Part shown: piece after piece, positions 43,602-58,501 of the stretch
Numbering within the stretch: the stretch's first letter is position 1
Layout of the letters: each line of letters opens with the position of its first letter
From: Amphiscolops sp. MND2022
Lineage: Eukaryota
Reading direction: 5' to 3'
Assembly: GCA_964187785.1 (NCBI GenBank)
Contig: OZ076410.1
Coordinates: 30,008,001-30,072,000, forward strand
DNA length: 64,000 nucleotides
The notes under the pieces: generated by a model
What the model was told of the DNA's origin: nothing
Seen by the model: only the letters and a program-made list of their open reading frames with translations
Database searches by the model: none
Made by a program: the position numbers and the translations under genes

Positions 43602-46487
43602 TAGCACATGCAAGCGATATACAGCTATTGATATTGTCCTTGGAGTCTTCCAGCTCCAATAGTCTTGCCCGAATGTAGTCGGACTTCAACCCCAATACTA
43701 GGGCGTCTCGTACTAGATAGTTTTCAAACTCTTGGATGGTCAAACAGGTGCATTTGCAGTCTTCAAAAAGTCATTTGAGCCTTCCAGAAAACTGTACGAT
43801 GAATTCGCCGTCTTTCTGACTGGCACTGTACAATTGATTCGATGACGGGCCAAGAGCACTTTCGTGGGCTTCAGAAACTGCCTGTCCAACGCTCTCAGAG
43901 CGTCTGCAAACGTTGCAGAACTTTCGAGGAGATTGAAACAGTCACAGACGACAAATTTACGAAAAAAAAAACTAAATATTCAGCATCTTTGATTGTGCCA
44001 TTGATACGTAAACCCTCCTCGGAACATTTCTTTTACCCTTTCCATTTGTCGGGATGTCGGGAGGAGGATTTGATGACAATTTGGGTGGTTAGAACTTCAT
44101 GAGAGACAGAAGAAGGATTACAGTGCTTAGACAATTGCTAAGAGGAACTTATGCGCTAAGATAGATCAAGAAGAACTGCTTACTTTAGTAGCATAAAAGA
44201 CGATAGCTACGAGGACTTAAGGAATTACAGTAGTAGCCTAAACAGTGAAGTCAGTTACCTGCCGACAGCCTACGTGACTTAGCGCGGGCAAGTGAAATGA
44301 TACCGACGACACTCGTATGTTTAGGAATGACCTCGTCTGTCAATCCGTGGGCAGAAGGCTTCCCAAAGCACTCAATTCTTCAAGATGGAATAAATTCCAC
44401 TGATGACTTTTGTCTCTATGTGGATAGGGTCTCCGGTAGTTTACTTTTCGACGCTTTATATGCTTCTCGATATGCCTCTGTGAAGCCACCAGCGACCTTT
44501 GTTGCCTTCTAGGAGTCAATTTACTGCCTTAACGTAGTCAGGGGTGTCTATCCGGGGAGAAATCGCGATAAAGAAGACTCTAAGTGCAACTTCAGATACT
44601 GCCACGGCAAGGTCGGAGTGTTCCTGGCAACAATTTCAGTGAGTTCAGTTGGTAAGTTGCTGCCTCCGATGAAGAGCACAATCAGGTCGTACCGATATTT
44701 TACAGGTAAGAAGAACTCAAATCTCCAACTTTTGCGCCCTGTAAGACAAGAATAATGAATTTAAGGAACCTCAGGTTTTATACATGTTAATCAGTAATAA
44801 TCAGGTTACAAGAGGTGAGGTCTTAAAGAGATGATAACGCATGAGGAAGAAAACTGTAGCGGAAAACACTGCTTGCTGGAATTTTCTATTTGATAAGCAT
44901 TCATCTGAAGAAAACAAGAATACAATTCGCCTAGCATAAATTACACAACATTATGTACAAGTATTTTTAACTACATATAACGTTTTAGTTGCTCATATAA
45001 CAATGATAACAGTCTATTGTCAACAGAAAAATTCTCCAAATATCCATCCCTTCTGAAAAAGTTATAAATAATCGTAATTCACGTCAAAAGTGAAGTTTTG
45101 TCACAAAGTAAGCGAAACGATAGAAAATTGTACAGAAATACGAGGCTCTTCATCAAGAACCAGCTTTCGAAATAAAGACACTGAGTTTTATCAGAAAACT
45201 TAATTGGCTACTGAAGAAGCTCATCCAAAAAAACGAACAATCATCCACGCAACGGAAAGCGAGAGAGAACAAACAAGATAACCAATGAGTCCAATTTTTC
45301 AGTTTTATTGATTTGTAACTGTTTGTTTGTGTCATTGATTCAGTTCGGTGTGCTGTTGCACAAGACCAAACAGATTGCAAAAACGAACGAGAGAAGTCAA
45401 ACTTGCAAAAAGAGAACCTATCAAGGCAATGGATGCTGAAGTTTCTCCTATTTTGGAACCGCTTGTTCTGGCCTCTCGAATGTAGCCTTACATGGAACAA
45501 AGGGAAAACGACTCAGGCTCAGTTGCATGTTAATGGAAAAAATGAACGAGATAACATCATAAAAAGTTGGACAATACACAAAGCGAACGAACAAGTCGAA
45601 GCCCTCAAAGTCACAAACAAACTGGAATCGCTTGAGGTGAAACTAACTTCCCTGATTGACAGAACAGTAAAAAAAGACTTGAAGTCTCCTGTAAAGAAAT
45701 CCAAAACAGCTATGGCGAAAATCTTGAAAGATTTTCTACGAGTACACCATTGCCGGAACCGGGCCGAAAACAAATCGTGAACCACAATATTTCTTCAAGT
45801 CTGAGCATTCACGGAATCCTCGAGGACCTCGATAAAAAGGAATACGAGGACTTGGAAAATTTGACAAATACAGAAAAAAGTCCAGGACTGTCCTTGTTAC
45901 CTTGAACACGGAACACAAAGCACTTTTCATGCTAGCAAAAAGCTATGAGGAACTCGAAGACGTGAACAATTGTGTGACGTCGATGTTGTCATGAGAAGAT
46001 GCCTTGAAAAAAGTCTCTGTTTGAAGAAGCGGAGGGAGCTGAACAACAATCGTTTACAACCTGACAAATTGAAAGAACCGAACATGGAACTCAGTTCCGT
46101 TGAAAGGGAAGTCCTTCTGAGTAATGAAAATTAAAAATGACTAATCTTCATAAACATGTTTGTACTGAAGACTCGAAGCCGTTGGAAAGCAGAATGGAGA
46201 GAAAAACTGTTAGATACAATTATTTTCAGCCAGTATAATATAACTTGTTTGTGTGGTTGAATGAGAGTGTGCCATACTCTGAACTACAACTGAAAGAGTA
46301 GAAGCTTTACCAGATTGTCTACTGACGGTTCAAGAGACCTTCCACTAAAGACTACTCTACTCATGGAGTTTTTTGAACGACATGAAAAACACTCCTGTGC
46401 CCAAACAGCTAGCATCGTGTTTCCTGAATGCTGTATTGCATGTTCAGTCACTGATGACAACGTAGAGATAGTCCTCTGTACTCTGTA
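43602..46487. repeat. 4.3-kb duplication copy 2, right part (gag 5' end, SGNH-like remnant ~44285-44810, LINE 5' remnant)
   Basis: Collinear with 22361-25241; homology stops after CTCTGTACTCTGTA at 46487. Confidence 0.95.
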
Positions 46488-48099
46488 TGTTGGCGAATGT
46501 ATAAAAATATGCTGAAGCTTTGTCTATGTATAAAGGTTGGGAATAGCTCCGACAATGTTTAAAGATGGTGAAAGATAATTTTGAGCACATTTTCGGACCT
46601 GTGCGACATTTTCGGTACTGTTCGATATTTCCAGCACGCTGTGATTTTGGGCAAAAAAACTATTTGGACTTCCGCCGCTGCCAAAAATAATTTTACCTGC
46701 CACTGCAAAAAAATATCCGCCTGCTAAAATTCATCCGCCACTAAAACGAATTATGCGCGTTTCCTACTTGTCTCTCTTTTTTCGTGCTCAGTTCTGATTA
46801 ACTGACGACTCGTGTCAATGTATGAAGATAAAAAATCGCTTATTTGCTGATACATTATCATCTGTAATAGCTTCGTTGAAGCATGAAAACAGGCAAATGG
46901 CTCACAAAATGTAAACAACTAATGACGTCGGCAACGTATTGAGATCGTGAATAGGGTTTTTTGGTACACTGCGACATTTTTTGTCACTGTGAGACTTTGG
47001 GCAAAAGCCAGGGGAAGGTTTTTACCCACATTCGCAAATGTTGAACAAATTACGGGAGGTTTTTCCATCTGTGAGATGTTTTTTTATCTGAAAATGTTGA
47101 GCTAATTACTTGACTGCCCTATGTTGGAACGAATCTTTTTTGATTCTGGAACATTGCAATTTTAGGGTATAATTGAATCGATTCCGCCTGTATAAGAAGT
47201 GACGAATTGATATCTATTGATCAGGTCAGGGTAGAGTTCATCTTGTTGAACACTACGTTCAGGGTAAATGTAGTACCATTCTTTTTTGTCTGTAGGTACG
47301 AAACACGAAACCATACTGCCCGGAATAGAGGAAGCATGAAGCGTTGACCTCACGTCATGGTCACTCATTCTTGCAAACCCCATCCATATTCGGAAAGTGG
47401 GCAATCAATGCTACTTTCAATTGTTTTTTGTTCAATCAGTTACGTCAAAAATTGAAATTAGTGACTGAAAAAAATGACAGCACCTCTTACAGCATCCACA
47501 CAACAATTCTTCATGCAGAGACTAGGTTCGAGCTTGTTAAGCTTCTCGTATTTCGGGCAGCAATTAAGGAAACGGTAGGCATTGATCATCCTTACAATGG
47601 GATATTCACAATGTTAAGCACTCTTATTTCATTCCAGACTTTGTGCAATCACACAATTCTGCCTCGATTTAGGCAATATATAGTTAATTGTTGTTTGTTT
47701 CAAGTATTTTCTTCATCACAAATTATCGCCAAAATTGACGGAAATGAATCAATTGTTGTCAATTCAGCATACTGCAAAGGGAATAAAGGATGGGCTCCTG
47801 ACGTTAACTCTTGTACAATTGCATATTGAAAGTTTTCAATCTTTTGACTGATCCCATCCATAAATTTTTTTGTACTATCTGTTGGCAAGCTAGATCCTTA
47901 TCTAAGCTACACACTCCCGTCTGTATTCTCATCCACGTTTCTTTTCTCGTCAGTTATTGACACCAAAAATCTGTACAAAGAACTTAAAAAAACCTTCTGA
48001 TGAAGACATTCTAAAATAATAGCATACAATAAACAAACTTCAACAAAAGTAATTTTAGAATGCATCAACTGAGGTATTAAGGTTGCCTGACAACAATAC

Positions 48100-49700
48100 T
48101 TTTCCTGAATCAGGTCTAACAAACCAGTAATTTGTATGCTTTAGGATGATAACTACAATACTGCACTGCATGTAGCAAGTACCAGGTAACAAATGGAAAA
48201 CAGCATATAAGACGAAAAATCTGTATCTCTACGGAAGCCATTCGACTGTTGAACCGTTGCCAGAATAAGGAAAAAATGGCAGAGCGTTCCGTCAAAATTT
48301 TCAATCTACCTTTCATGGAAAGTATAAATGACTTCACCATTGGTGAGAGCGTAAAAACCATTCCCTACAAAGTATCTGTCAATCAATTGTGTTCTCTGTG
48401 AAAGTTAATCGCTCAAAATGTGAATCGACTATCAAAAATGACTAAAAAGATCCATTTGACAAAAAACGCTCCATCTGGGAAAACTGGATCAGCTGGATAA
48501 GATCCTTCTAAAATAGAAAACGAAATTTATAAAACTGATTAACAACGGAGCAATTTCGAAACCTTTTTTGAGTTTGTAATAAGATTGAAACAGTGATTCA
48601 GATAAACAACACTTCATAACAACAATAAGGAACGTAAAATGTTATCAAGTAGAGAAGGTATTCAGTTGGATTTTGAATAGCGTGATTGTTACAGGCGGCT
48701 TATAATTCTTGCTCACTATTGACTTGGTACCACTTTTCTTGACAAGTATGGGAAAAAGATAAATGTTCACAAAGTTCACTCCATCGTTGTAATTTTTCAC
48801 TTCGAACACGGACAAAACTTTGCAATGTCTTTCCAAGGCGTCCTGTAGCCTAATCAATTGCTTCGTTTGTATTAGTAGGAATTGTGTTGATTGCGGCTTC
48901 CTCTCTTTCGATTCATCTCTGCAGCACTCATCTTCAAAGTGAAACGTAGCTTCTTGATTAGATTGGAGCTCATTCAAAGATTTCTGTATGCGTGAGAGTT
49001 TACAATTGACTGAATTACCTGCATCAAAAGATTGCACTCCCATTTGAACTTTAGCCTCAGTAGATAAATTCTCCAGTGCATCCACAAACGATGTTATCCT
49101 TACCAATTCACATGGATTAGAACTGCGCAGATCAACAAGATTTGGAGGTAAGTTGCTTGAACTTGATTCGGCTGTTGTAAAAATGTGTTTTTTAATCCAT
49201 CTTGTTGTCTCCGTTCCTGTGATTTGTTCTTCTCCGTGTACACACTTTGGCTAAAAGTGGCAAATGGCCGCTTTTGCTAAGAGCTTCTTCTTGTCCCAGG
49301 ATGGTACATTGAAAGAAAATCCAACTTGTCGAAAACATGTCCCATTCAACCAATTCGCACACTTAGAAGAAACGTTCATTGCTTTCCCGAGACAAGTTAC
49401 TCAATGTCGTTCCAGTTTGATTGGTTGACATAAGTAACACTCACAAGTCGGGCAATTGAATGTTAGCTACATCTTAAACGCGACCGGTATAACTACATTA
49501 ATACAACCCATTGGAATAATCTTCAGTGATACTGCAAAAACTGTAACATTTATCAACTTCAAATACTGCCATTTTTTGTCAACCATTCCGCAAGAACAAG
49601 CTGTTTTGACCTTTTCTGCAGCAAGCACTGCGTTAAAGTGCTCCGCGACGTCCCCTGTATTCAACAGTTTATAATTCTTCAGCATTGAATTACTTCTTTG
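48100..49700 (-). pseudogene. Decayed pPolB fragment of a second Maverick-like family (unit 1)
   Basis: Degenerate ExoI region (AICHF*PKCV...TTRWIKKH), SFVDALENL, ExoII-like LERHCKVLSVF...NY.D.VN...YLFPILV. Confidence 0.65.
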
Positions 49701-52700
49701 AGACTAAACAAAACGACCGCTTGAGTCCTCGGTATCGTTCATTTAAAAAAACAGAAAACTACAATGAGCTTAGTTGCGTATTTCAAGTAATCAAGTACGT
49801 CATCCAGCTTGAAATTGAGTTTTTCAACACTGAAAAGTTCCACTGAAAAAACTCCAGAATTCCTATGTGACACAATTTTCATTTCGATGTAACTTTAAGC
49901 TTCACATTTTGGTGCTTCCCAATACTGTACATCAAGTCGGCTTGGATTGCTGTTGAGAAATTGAAGCAATTGTGACAGTAAATGAAACGAACAGAACATC
50001 TTTTTCTATGGTGTGCAGAATCCTTTCTTGTTGTTTTTGTCTCATTTTTTGAAGCAAAGCTCTCTCTGGAAGCAACTTCATCGTAAAACTGTTAACGGAA
50101 TATTGGAAAAATGGCGGCAGGGAAGTGAGTTATTTTAAATCTAGTTTTTTCTGAAGGTATGGGTCACTGAACCGTAGAAGCAAGATACATCTATAATGAA
50201 AAAAAGTTAACCTCACACTAGTACCAGCGTCCCGTCTAAAGTGACTGTCAATCATTTTTATTTTCTGTGGAAGTTAATCGTTCAAGTAGAACACGTACCT
50301 TTCAAGTAACGCTGCATTTTTTAAGAATATTACGACGCATAACACTTCACTTTTTCTGCGGCTCAATGTTGAGCCGTTTGAACAGTGAAATAATAGGCCA
50401 ACCAACAAACCTACCGCAAAGAGCTAAATTCGCGGCGCGGAATTCAGGGACTAATATGGCAGTGTTTAGTTTCTCCAGTTTTCAGTTGACGATGAGGCAA
50501 ATCAGTGCAATCCGCTGCATTGGTTAGCTCAAAATTGCGGAATCCTCTGCTGACAGCGGTTTCCGGGGCAGTGACAGCGGAATCCGGGGCTGTGACAGGG
50601 GATTCCGCAGACTAATGCAAACAAGTAATAAAACGTTTGTTTTGTGAACCGGAATCCGCTGACAGCTGTGCGTGACATCTGTTTCGGGTTGTACGACAGC
50701 GGACTCCGCAGACTAATGCTTGTGTGAAGCTTGCTTGCTGCATACCTTCATCGACGGTAGAACGTTATAAATGGATAACATCGAGGAGTAATTGCGAAGG
50801 AGGTATAAAGTGAGATTCTTTGACGAGCGTTTTTCATTGAATCTAACTATCAAGAAAACCTAAATATCTGAATCAGAAATAAATTAAATCTGTATTATAT
50901 CACTGTATAGCACCTATCGACTACTATGTTTAAGAATACTGAGATAAATCAAATTCTGTATCATAATACCGTGTAGCTCGTATCTCCTACTCTAGCTCGT
51001 AATCTACTACTGTATCTTGTGTTTAATTGGGTATTTACTGTTTCTGCGTTCAAAGTAACTGTGTCTCCAAGATGTTTTATAGGCCTACATGTATTCGACT
51101 ATTGTCTCTGGGATTTAAATTACTGTCTCCATTTAATATTACACGCTTACATGCTACTAAGACTACATGTATTTTTCCTCGTAGGTTTCAAAGCTTGATT
51201 CTAGCATTTAAACAAACAATACACACAAAACAAACAGTACACACACAGAAAAAGCCCAATTTATCACTTTCGATTATCACAATTTCCGACATTTCTGGAA
51301 AATATTAGAGCCCATTTCCAGTGTGAAGGAGAGGGTTGAGCGCACCGACATCTATATACTAAAAGTAGGTTTAGACAAAGTCCTTCCAAGAAAACATTAG
51401 TTTGAGGCCGTACCTATCACCCCTCACCGATAAAATGCGTCACGCCTCTTTTTCTTTGCCACGAAAGTGATATGTGCGCATTTGGCTTACTCGGAAGCTC
51501 CGGAGCATCGTGCGAACCTTGTATGTTCTAAACAGCAACCCCACCTTCAACATAGAGTGACCGGAACTTGCACCGCAAGTGACCTCTTTGGACCGGAAAA
51601 CGTCAAAAAGTGACTTTTCAGAGCTGAATAGAGGCTTTTAAAGCAGTTTTTACACAATATACATTTGTATTGAAACGGTTGATGCAGTAGTTCAGCAAGC
51701 ATTCAAAAAGCAAATCGCAGTACATCATCAGGTATGTTTTAACTTTTCATCCAAAGCAACCATTGGACAGTAATTGGCCCTATTTCAAAAAAATCCTCTG
51801 TAATTCAATTTCAAGCATGTATTTCCGCTAGAACAGCGTAGCTCTAGCTTGTCGAATGCTGTGAAATGTGTTTTTAAAAGTAGCCGAACTGTACCAAACA
51901 TGTACTCTAGAACATGTATTCAAGAAGTTTTGATCTCATCCCGATGACTGGAGAGAAGAGCGAGTGCCTCTTTTTCAACGTTTGAAAGTGAAAAACTTCA
52001 AATCAGCTGATTAAATGATGCCACCATGGTGGTTGAAATTTGTTTAATCATAATTTAGGGTTCCACAGTTTCTCCTCATACTCGAACTTCCATGTGGTTC
52101 CAGTTCTGATTTTTCAGGCATCCGAGACAATTTGTTTTAATTGAACATTTCTACGTGCGTTTTTCACTGTACTGTTGAGACAAACAAGGTTTGATTTTTA
52201 TACTGAACTTCAAAACAAATTTTTCATACATTTTAGAAGGAACGCAAAACGGTTCACTTATCCGTTTTTATTAAAGACACCATTTTGAGGCCAAAAGGCA
52301 ATCGCTAATTTAGCTAAATGAGAAATCAGCGCGATTGGCCCATAAGTTTCGACAAAATCTGTTTTCTGTATTCTAACAGCGACATTTGCAAAACAGAAAC
52401 AAGCAATTTACTATTTCATACATTTTAAGACCACATCGCTTTGCATCGGTGATGCGAAAGGATGAACTTCTCGATTTCATTGCTGAGGCGGAAGAAACGT
52501 AAAAACGAATCTATTACACTCAATGTCGATGTTAAAATTATGCTTTTAAAGTCTGCAGTTCAACTTGATTCTATCACTTTCGACCTCGAATGGAGCACCT
52601 ATTTACCTCAAACTTTTCTGTCAGCTAATCTGTCCACAGAGTGATAGTCATACAAAAACGCCAAGCTTGTCTAAGATTCAAGATTCCAAAACGGGAATGA

Positions 52701-53449
52701 AATTTTGGTAGTTCCTCTCAGGTTTTTGCTGCTCCAAACTTCCGTATCAAGCGTGCGTCCGTATCAAGCAAGTCACACGAGGCATTATCGTTTTTGAAGC
52801 ATAGTCCTTTTGCTTGTGATATCATACAGGTAAAACGAGCATCATAGCGGCAAATTCCCGCAAAGTAAAGATTTCTTTTGATTTACTGATTGATTCCACT
52901 GGGTAAATATTAAGAACGGCCCTGTTGGCGCCCAAAATTGATAACCTGGCTGTTTGAATTGGTTGCTATTGGTGGGAAAATCACATTGGAAATCTGAAGC
53001 CAGGTCGTGTTAAAAGATTACCTGGTGCTTTGCAAACGAATATACTTAAGTAGTCAAAGTCTTTTTTCACAGACACCTGGGATGAGTAAATGTTTGTGTC
53101 CTAACGTTCAAAGCATGTTGGTTTTAGGTGACTGGAAGTGCCAATTGAACCAACTTCTCAAAAAACGAAAAACATCTAGTTATCTTTCATGCCATGCTAC
53201 TGCGTAGAGCATTAAAAATTGATGAATTTCGAAGTTTCTTTATGCAAGGTTACGGATTGTCGCTCAAATGTTGATACTAAATTGGTCAGTTATTGACACC
53301 AAAAATCTATACAAAGAACTTAAATGAAACTTAAAGAACAAGACATTTTATAATAATACTTTACAATACCCAAACTTCAACAAAAGTATTTTTAGAATGC
53401 GTCAACTGAGGTATTAAGATTGCCTGACAACAATAATTTTCCTGAATTG

Positions 53450-55300
53450 GGTCTAACAAACCAGTAATTTGTATGCTTTAGGATGATAAAAACAAAACTG
53501 CACTGCATGTAACAAGTACCAGGTAACAAATAGAAAACGGCATTTAAGGCGAAGAATCTGTATCTCTACGAAAGCCATTCCACTATTGAACCGTTGCCAG
53601 AATAAGGAACAAATGGCAGAACGTTCTGTCAAAATTTTCAATTTACCCTTTTTGGAAAGTATAAATGATTTCACCATTGATGAGAGCGTTAAAACCTTTC
53701 CCTCCAAAGTATCTGTCAATCAATTGTGTTCTCTGTGAAAGTTAATTGCTCAAAGTGTGAATCGACTATCAAAAATGACTAAAAATATCCATTCGACAAA
53801 AAACGCTTCATCTGGGAAAACTGGATCAGCTGGATAAGTTCCTTCTAAAATAGAAAACGAAACTTTCAAAACTGATTAAAAACGGAGCAATTTCGAAACC
53901 TTTTTTGAGTTTGTAATAAGATTGAAACAGTGATTCAGATAAACAACACTTCATAAGAACGAAAAGGAACGTGAAATGTTATCAAGTAGAGAGGGTTTTC
54001 AGTTGGATTTCGAATAGCGTGATTGTTACAGGCGGCTTTATAATTCTTGCTCACTATTGACTTGGTACCACTTCTCTTGACAAGTATGGATAAAAGATAA
54101 AGGTTCACAAAGTTCACTCCATGGTTGTAATTTTTCACTTCAAACACGGACAAAATTTTGCAATGTCTTTCCAAGGCAACCTATAGCCTAATCAATTGCT
54201 TCGTTTGTATTTGTAGGAATTGTGTTGATTGTGGCTTCCTCTCTTTCGATTCATCTCTGCAGCACTCATCTTCAAAGTGAAACGTAGCTTCTTGATTAGA
54301 TTGGAGCTCATTCAATGATTTCTGTATGCGTGAGAGTTTACAATTGACTGAATTACCTGCATCAAAAGATTGCACTCCCATTTAAACTTTAGCCTAAGTA
54401 ACTAAATTCTCCAGTGCATCCACAAACGATGTTATCCTTATCAATTCACATGGATTAGGACTGCGCAGATCAACAAGATTTGGAGGTAAGTTGCTTGAAC
54501 TTGATTCGGCTGTTGTAGGAATGTGTTTTTCAATCCACCTCGTTGAAAGAAAATTGAAAATTTTCAATGAAAGAAAGTACATTGAAAGAAAATTCAATTT
54601 GTCAAAAACGTGTCCCATTCAATCAATTCGCACACTTAGAAGAAACGTTCATTGCTCTCCCGAGACAAGTTGCTGAATGTCGTTCCACTTTGATTGGTTG
54701 ACAAAAGTAACACTCACAAGTCGGGCAATGGAATGTTAGCTACATCTTAAACGCGACTGTTGTAGCGTAGCAACCTAAGAGGGTTGGGTTGCTTCTGCTG
54801 ACTCCATCTGAAAAGATCACCCATAAAAGATCCGTCCACAATGTCAACATCATACAGAACAAAATTTATCCCAAGAGTGTCTTCCGCTGTCTGTATATCG
54901 TTGATGCATTCACCTTGAAAAAAAGTTGCGGACTTGGCTTTTCTCTTCTCTTTCATGAAAAGCAGAAAAAAGTTACAAGTTCTCTTCTCTAACCTCTCAT
55001 CTCCGTGCAAGTGTATCGCCAAGTATTTGGAAAAACGAAAAGTGTCACTGTTGAATTCTGTCGTGCTTTGGTTACAAGTCAGACAATGAATAAATTGTTC
55101 CTTCACAAAAAGATCCGGTATAACTACATTAATACAACCCATTGGAATAATCTTTAGTGAAACTGCAAAAACTGTAACATTTATTAACTTCAAATACTGC
55201 CATTTTTTGTCAACCATTCCGCAAGAACAAGCTGTTTTGACCTTTTCTGCAGCAAGCACTGCGTTAAATTGCTCCGCGACGTCCCCTGTATTCAACAGTT
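53450..55300 (-). pseudogene. Decayed pPolB fragment (unit 2)
   Basis: Paralog of unit 1; KHIPTTAESSSSNL, and GINFVLYDVDIVDG...LRLLRYNSRV in the N-terminal region. Confidence 0.65.
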
Positions 55301-58300
55301 TATAATTCTTCAGCTTTGAATTACTTCTTTGAGACTAAACAAAACGACCGCTTGAGTCCTCGGTATCGTTCATTTAAAAAAACAGAAAACTACAATGAGC
55401 TTAGTTGCGTATTTCAAGTGATCACGTTTGTCATCCTGCTTGAAATTGAGCTTTTCAACACTGAAAATTTCCTTTGAAAAAACTCGAGAATTTCTATGTG
55501 ACACAATTTTCATTTCGATGTAACTTTAAGCTTCACATTTTGGTGCTTCCCAATACTGTATATCAAGTCGGCTTGGATTGCTGTTGAGAAATTGAGGCAA
55601 TTGTGACAATAAATAAAACGAACAGAACATCTTTTTCTATGGTGTGCAGAATGCTTTCTTGTTGTTTTTGTCTCATTTTTTGAAGCAAAGCTCTCTCTGG
55701 AATCAACTTCATCGTAAAACTGTTAACGCAATAATGGAAAAATGGCGGCAAGGAAGTGAGTTATTTTAAATCTACTTTTTTCGGAAGGTATGGGTCATTG
55801 AACCGTATCAGCAAGATACATCTACCATGAAAAAAAGTTAGCTTCACACTAGTACCAGCGTTCCGTCTGAAGTGACTGTCAATCATTTTTACTTTCTCTG
55901 GAAGTTGATCGCTCAAGTAGAACACGTTCATTTCAAGTAACGCTGCCTTGTCCAGGAACATTACGACGCATAACACTTCACTTTTTCTGCGGCTCAATGT
56001 TGAGCCGTTTGAACAAAGAAACCCTGTGCCAAACAACATACCTACCGCAAAGAGCTAAAATCGCGGCGCGGAATTCAGGGAATAATACCGCAGTGTTTAA
56101 TTTCTCGCATTTTCAGTTGACGATGAGGCAAATCAGTGCAATCCGCTGCATTGCTTAGCTCGACATCGCGGAATCCGCTGCTAACAGCGGTTTCCGGGGC
56201 AGTGACAGCGGAATCCGGGGCTGTGACAGCGGATTCCACAGACTAATGCAAGCAAGTAATAAAACGTTTGTTTTGTGAACCGGAATCCGCTGACAGCTGT
56301 GCGTGACATCTGTTTCGGGTTGTACGACAGCGGATTCCGCAGACTAATGCTTGTGTGAAGCTTGCTTGCTGCATACCTTCATCGACGCTAGAACGTTATG
56401 AATGGATAACAACGAAGAGTGATTGCGAAGGAGGGATAAAGTGAGAATATTTGACGAGCGTTTTTCATTGAATCTAACTATCAAGAAAACCTAAATATCT
56501 GATTCAGTAAGAAATGAAATCTGTATTATATCACACTGTATAGCACGTATCGATTACTATGTTTAAGAATACTGAGATAAATCAAATTCTGTATTATAAT
56601 ACCGTGTAGGTTGTATCTACTTCTCTAAATCGTAATCTACTACTGTATCTTGTGTTTAATTGGGTGTTTACTGTTTCTGGCTTCAAAGTAACTGTGTATC
56701 CAAGATGTTTTATAGGCCTACATGTATTCGACTATTGTCTCTGGGATTAAAATTACTGTCTCCATTTAATATTACACGCTTACATGCTACTAAGACTACA
56801 TGTATTTTTCCTCGTAGGTTTCAAAGCTTGATTCTAGCATACAAACAAACAATACACACAAAACAAACAGTACACACACAGAAAATGCCCAATTTATTAC
56901 TTTCGATTATCACAATTTCCGACATTTCTGGAAAATATTAGAGCCCATTTCCAGTGTGAAGGAGAGGGTTGAGCGCACCGACAGCTATATACTAAAAGTA
57001 GTTTTAGACAAAGTCCTCCCAAGAAAACATTAGTTTGAGCCCGTACCTATCACTCCTCACCGATAAAATGCGTAACGCCTCTTTTTCTCTGCCACGAAAG
57101 TGATATGTGCGCATTTGGCTAACTCGGAAGCTCCGGAGCATCGTGCGAACCTTGTATGTTCTAAACAGCAACCCCACCTTCAACGAAGAGTGACCGGAAC
57201 TTGCACCACAAGTGACCTCTTTGGACCGGAAAACGTCAAAAAGTGACTTTTCAGAGCCAAGTAGAGGCTTTCAAAACAGTTTTTACACAAAAAAAACGTG
57301 TGTTGAAACGGTTGATGCAGTAGTTCAGCAAGCATTCAAAAAGCAAATCGTAGTACATCATCAGGTGTTTTTTAACTTTTCATCCAAAGCAGCCATTGGA
57401 CAGGAATTGTCCCTATTTCAAAAAAAACTCCTGTAATTCAATTTCAAACATGTATTTACGCTAAAACAGCGTAGCTCTAGCTTGTCGAATGCTTTGAATC
57501 GTTTTTAAAAGTAGTCGAACACTGTAGTCAACATGTACTCCAGAACATGTATTCAAGAAATTTTGATCTCTTCCCGATGACTGGAAAGAAGAGCGATTGC
57601 CTCTTTTTCAACGCTTGAAAGTGAAAAACTCCAAATCATCTGATTAAAAGATGCCACGATGGTAGTTGAAATTTGTTTAATCATAATTTAGGGTTCCACA
57701 GTTTCTCCTCATACTCGAACTTCAATGTGGTTCCAGTTTTTATTTTTCAGGCGTCCGAGACAATTTGTTTTATTGAACATTTCTACGTCCTCAGAAAAAC
57801 GTGCGTTTTTCACTGTACTGTTGAGACAAACAAAGTATGATTTTTATACTGAACTTCAAAACAAATTTTTCATACATTTTGGAAGGAACGCAAGACGGTT
57901 CACTTATCCGTTTTTATTAAAGACACCATTTTGAGGCCAAAAGGCAATCGCTAATTTAGCTAAATGAGAAATCAGCGCGATTGGCCCATAAGTTTCGACA
58001 AAATCTGTTTTCTGTATTCTAACAGCGACATTTGCAAAACAGAAACAAGCAAATTACTATTTCATACATTTTAAGACCACATCGCTTTGCATCGGTGATG
58101 CGAAAGGATGAACTTCTCGATTTCATTGCTGAGGCGGAAGAAACGTAAAAACGAATCTATTACACTCAATGTCGATGTTAAAATTATGCTTTTACAGTCT
58201 GCAGTTCAACTTGATTCTATCACTTTTGACCTCGAATGGAGCACCTATTTACCTCGAACTTTTCTGTCAGCTAATCTGTCCACAGAGTGATAGTCATACA

Positions 58301-58387
58301 AAAAACGCCAAGCTTGTCTAAGATTCAAGATTCCAAAACGGGAATGAAATTTTGGTAGTTTCTCTCAGGTTTTTGCTGCTCCAAACT

Positions 58388-58501
58388 TCCGTATCAAGCG
58401 TGCGTCCGTATCAAGCGTGCGTCCGTATCAAGCGTGCGTCCGTATCAAGCGTGCGTCCGTATCAAGCGTGCGTCCGTATCAAGCGTGCGTCCGTATCAAG
58501 C
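58388..58501 (+). repeat. 17-bp minisatellite (TCCGTATCAAGCGTGCG)x6.7
   Basis: Six perfect units plus 12 nt; only ~1.7 units at the paralogous site at ~52741. Confidence 0.95.

Noticed and set aside
46488-46556. TG...CA mini-element at the end of the duplication
   Set aside because: Only 6 bp of imperfect inverted match and no TSD.
47162-47900. Host gene exons on the minus strand
   Set aside because: Short ORFs with no recognisable domain and no coherent splice structure.
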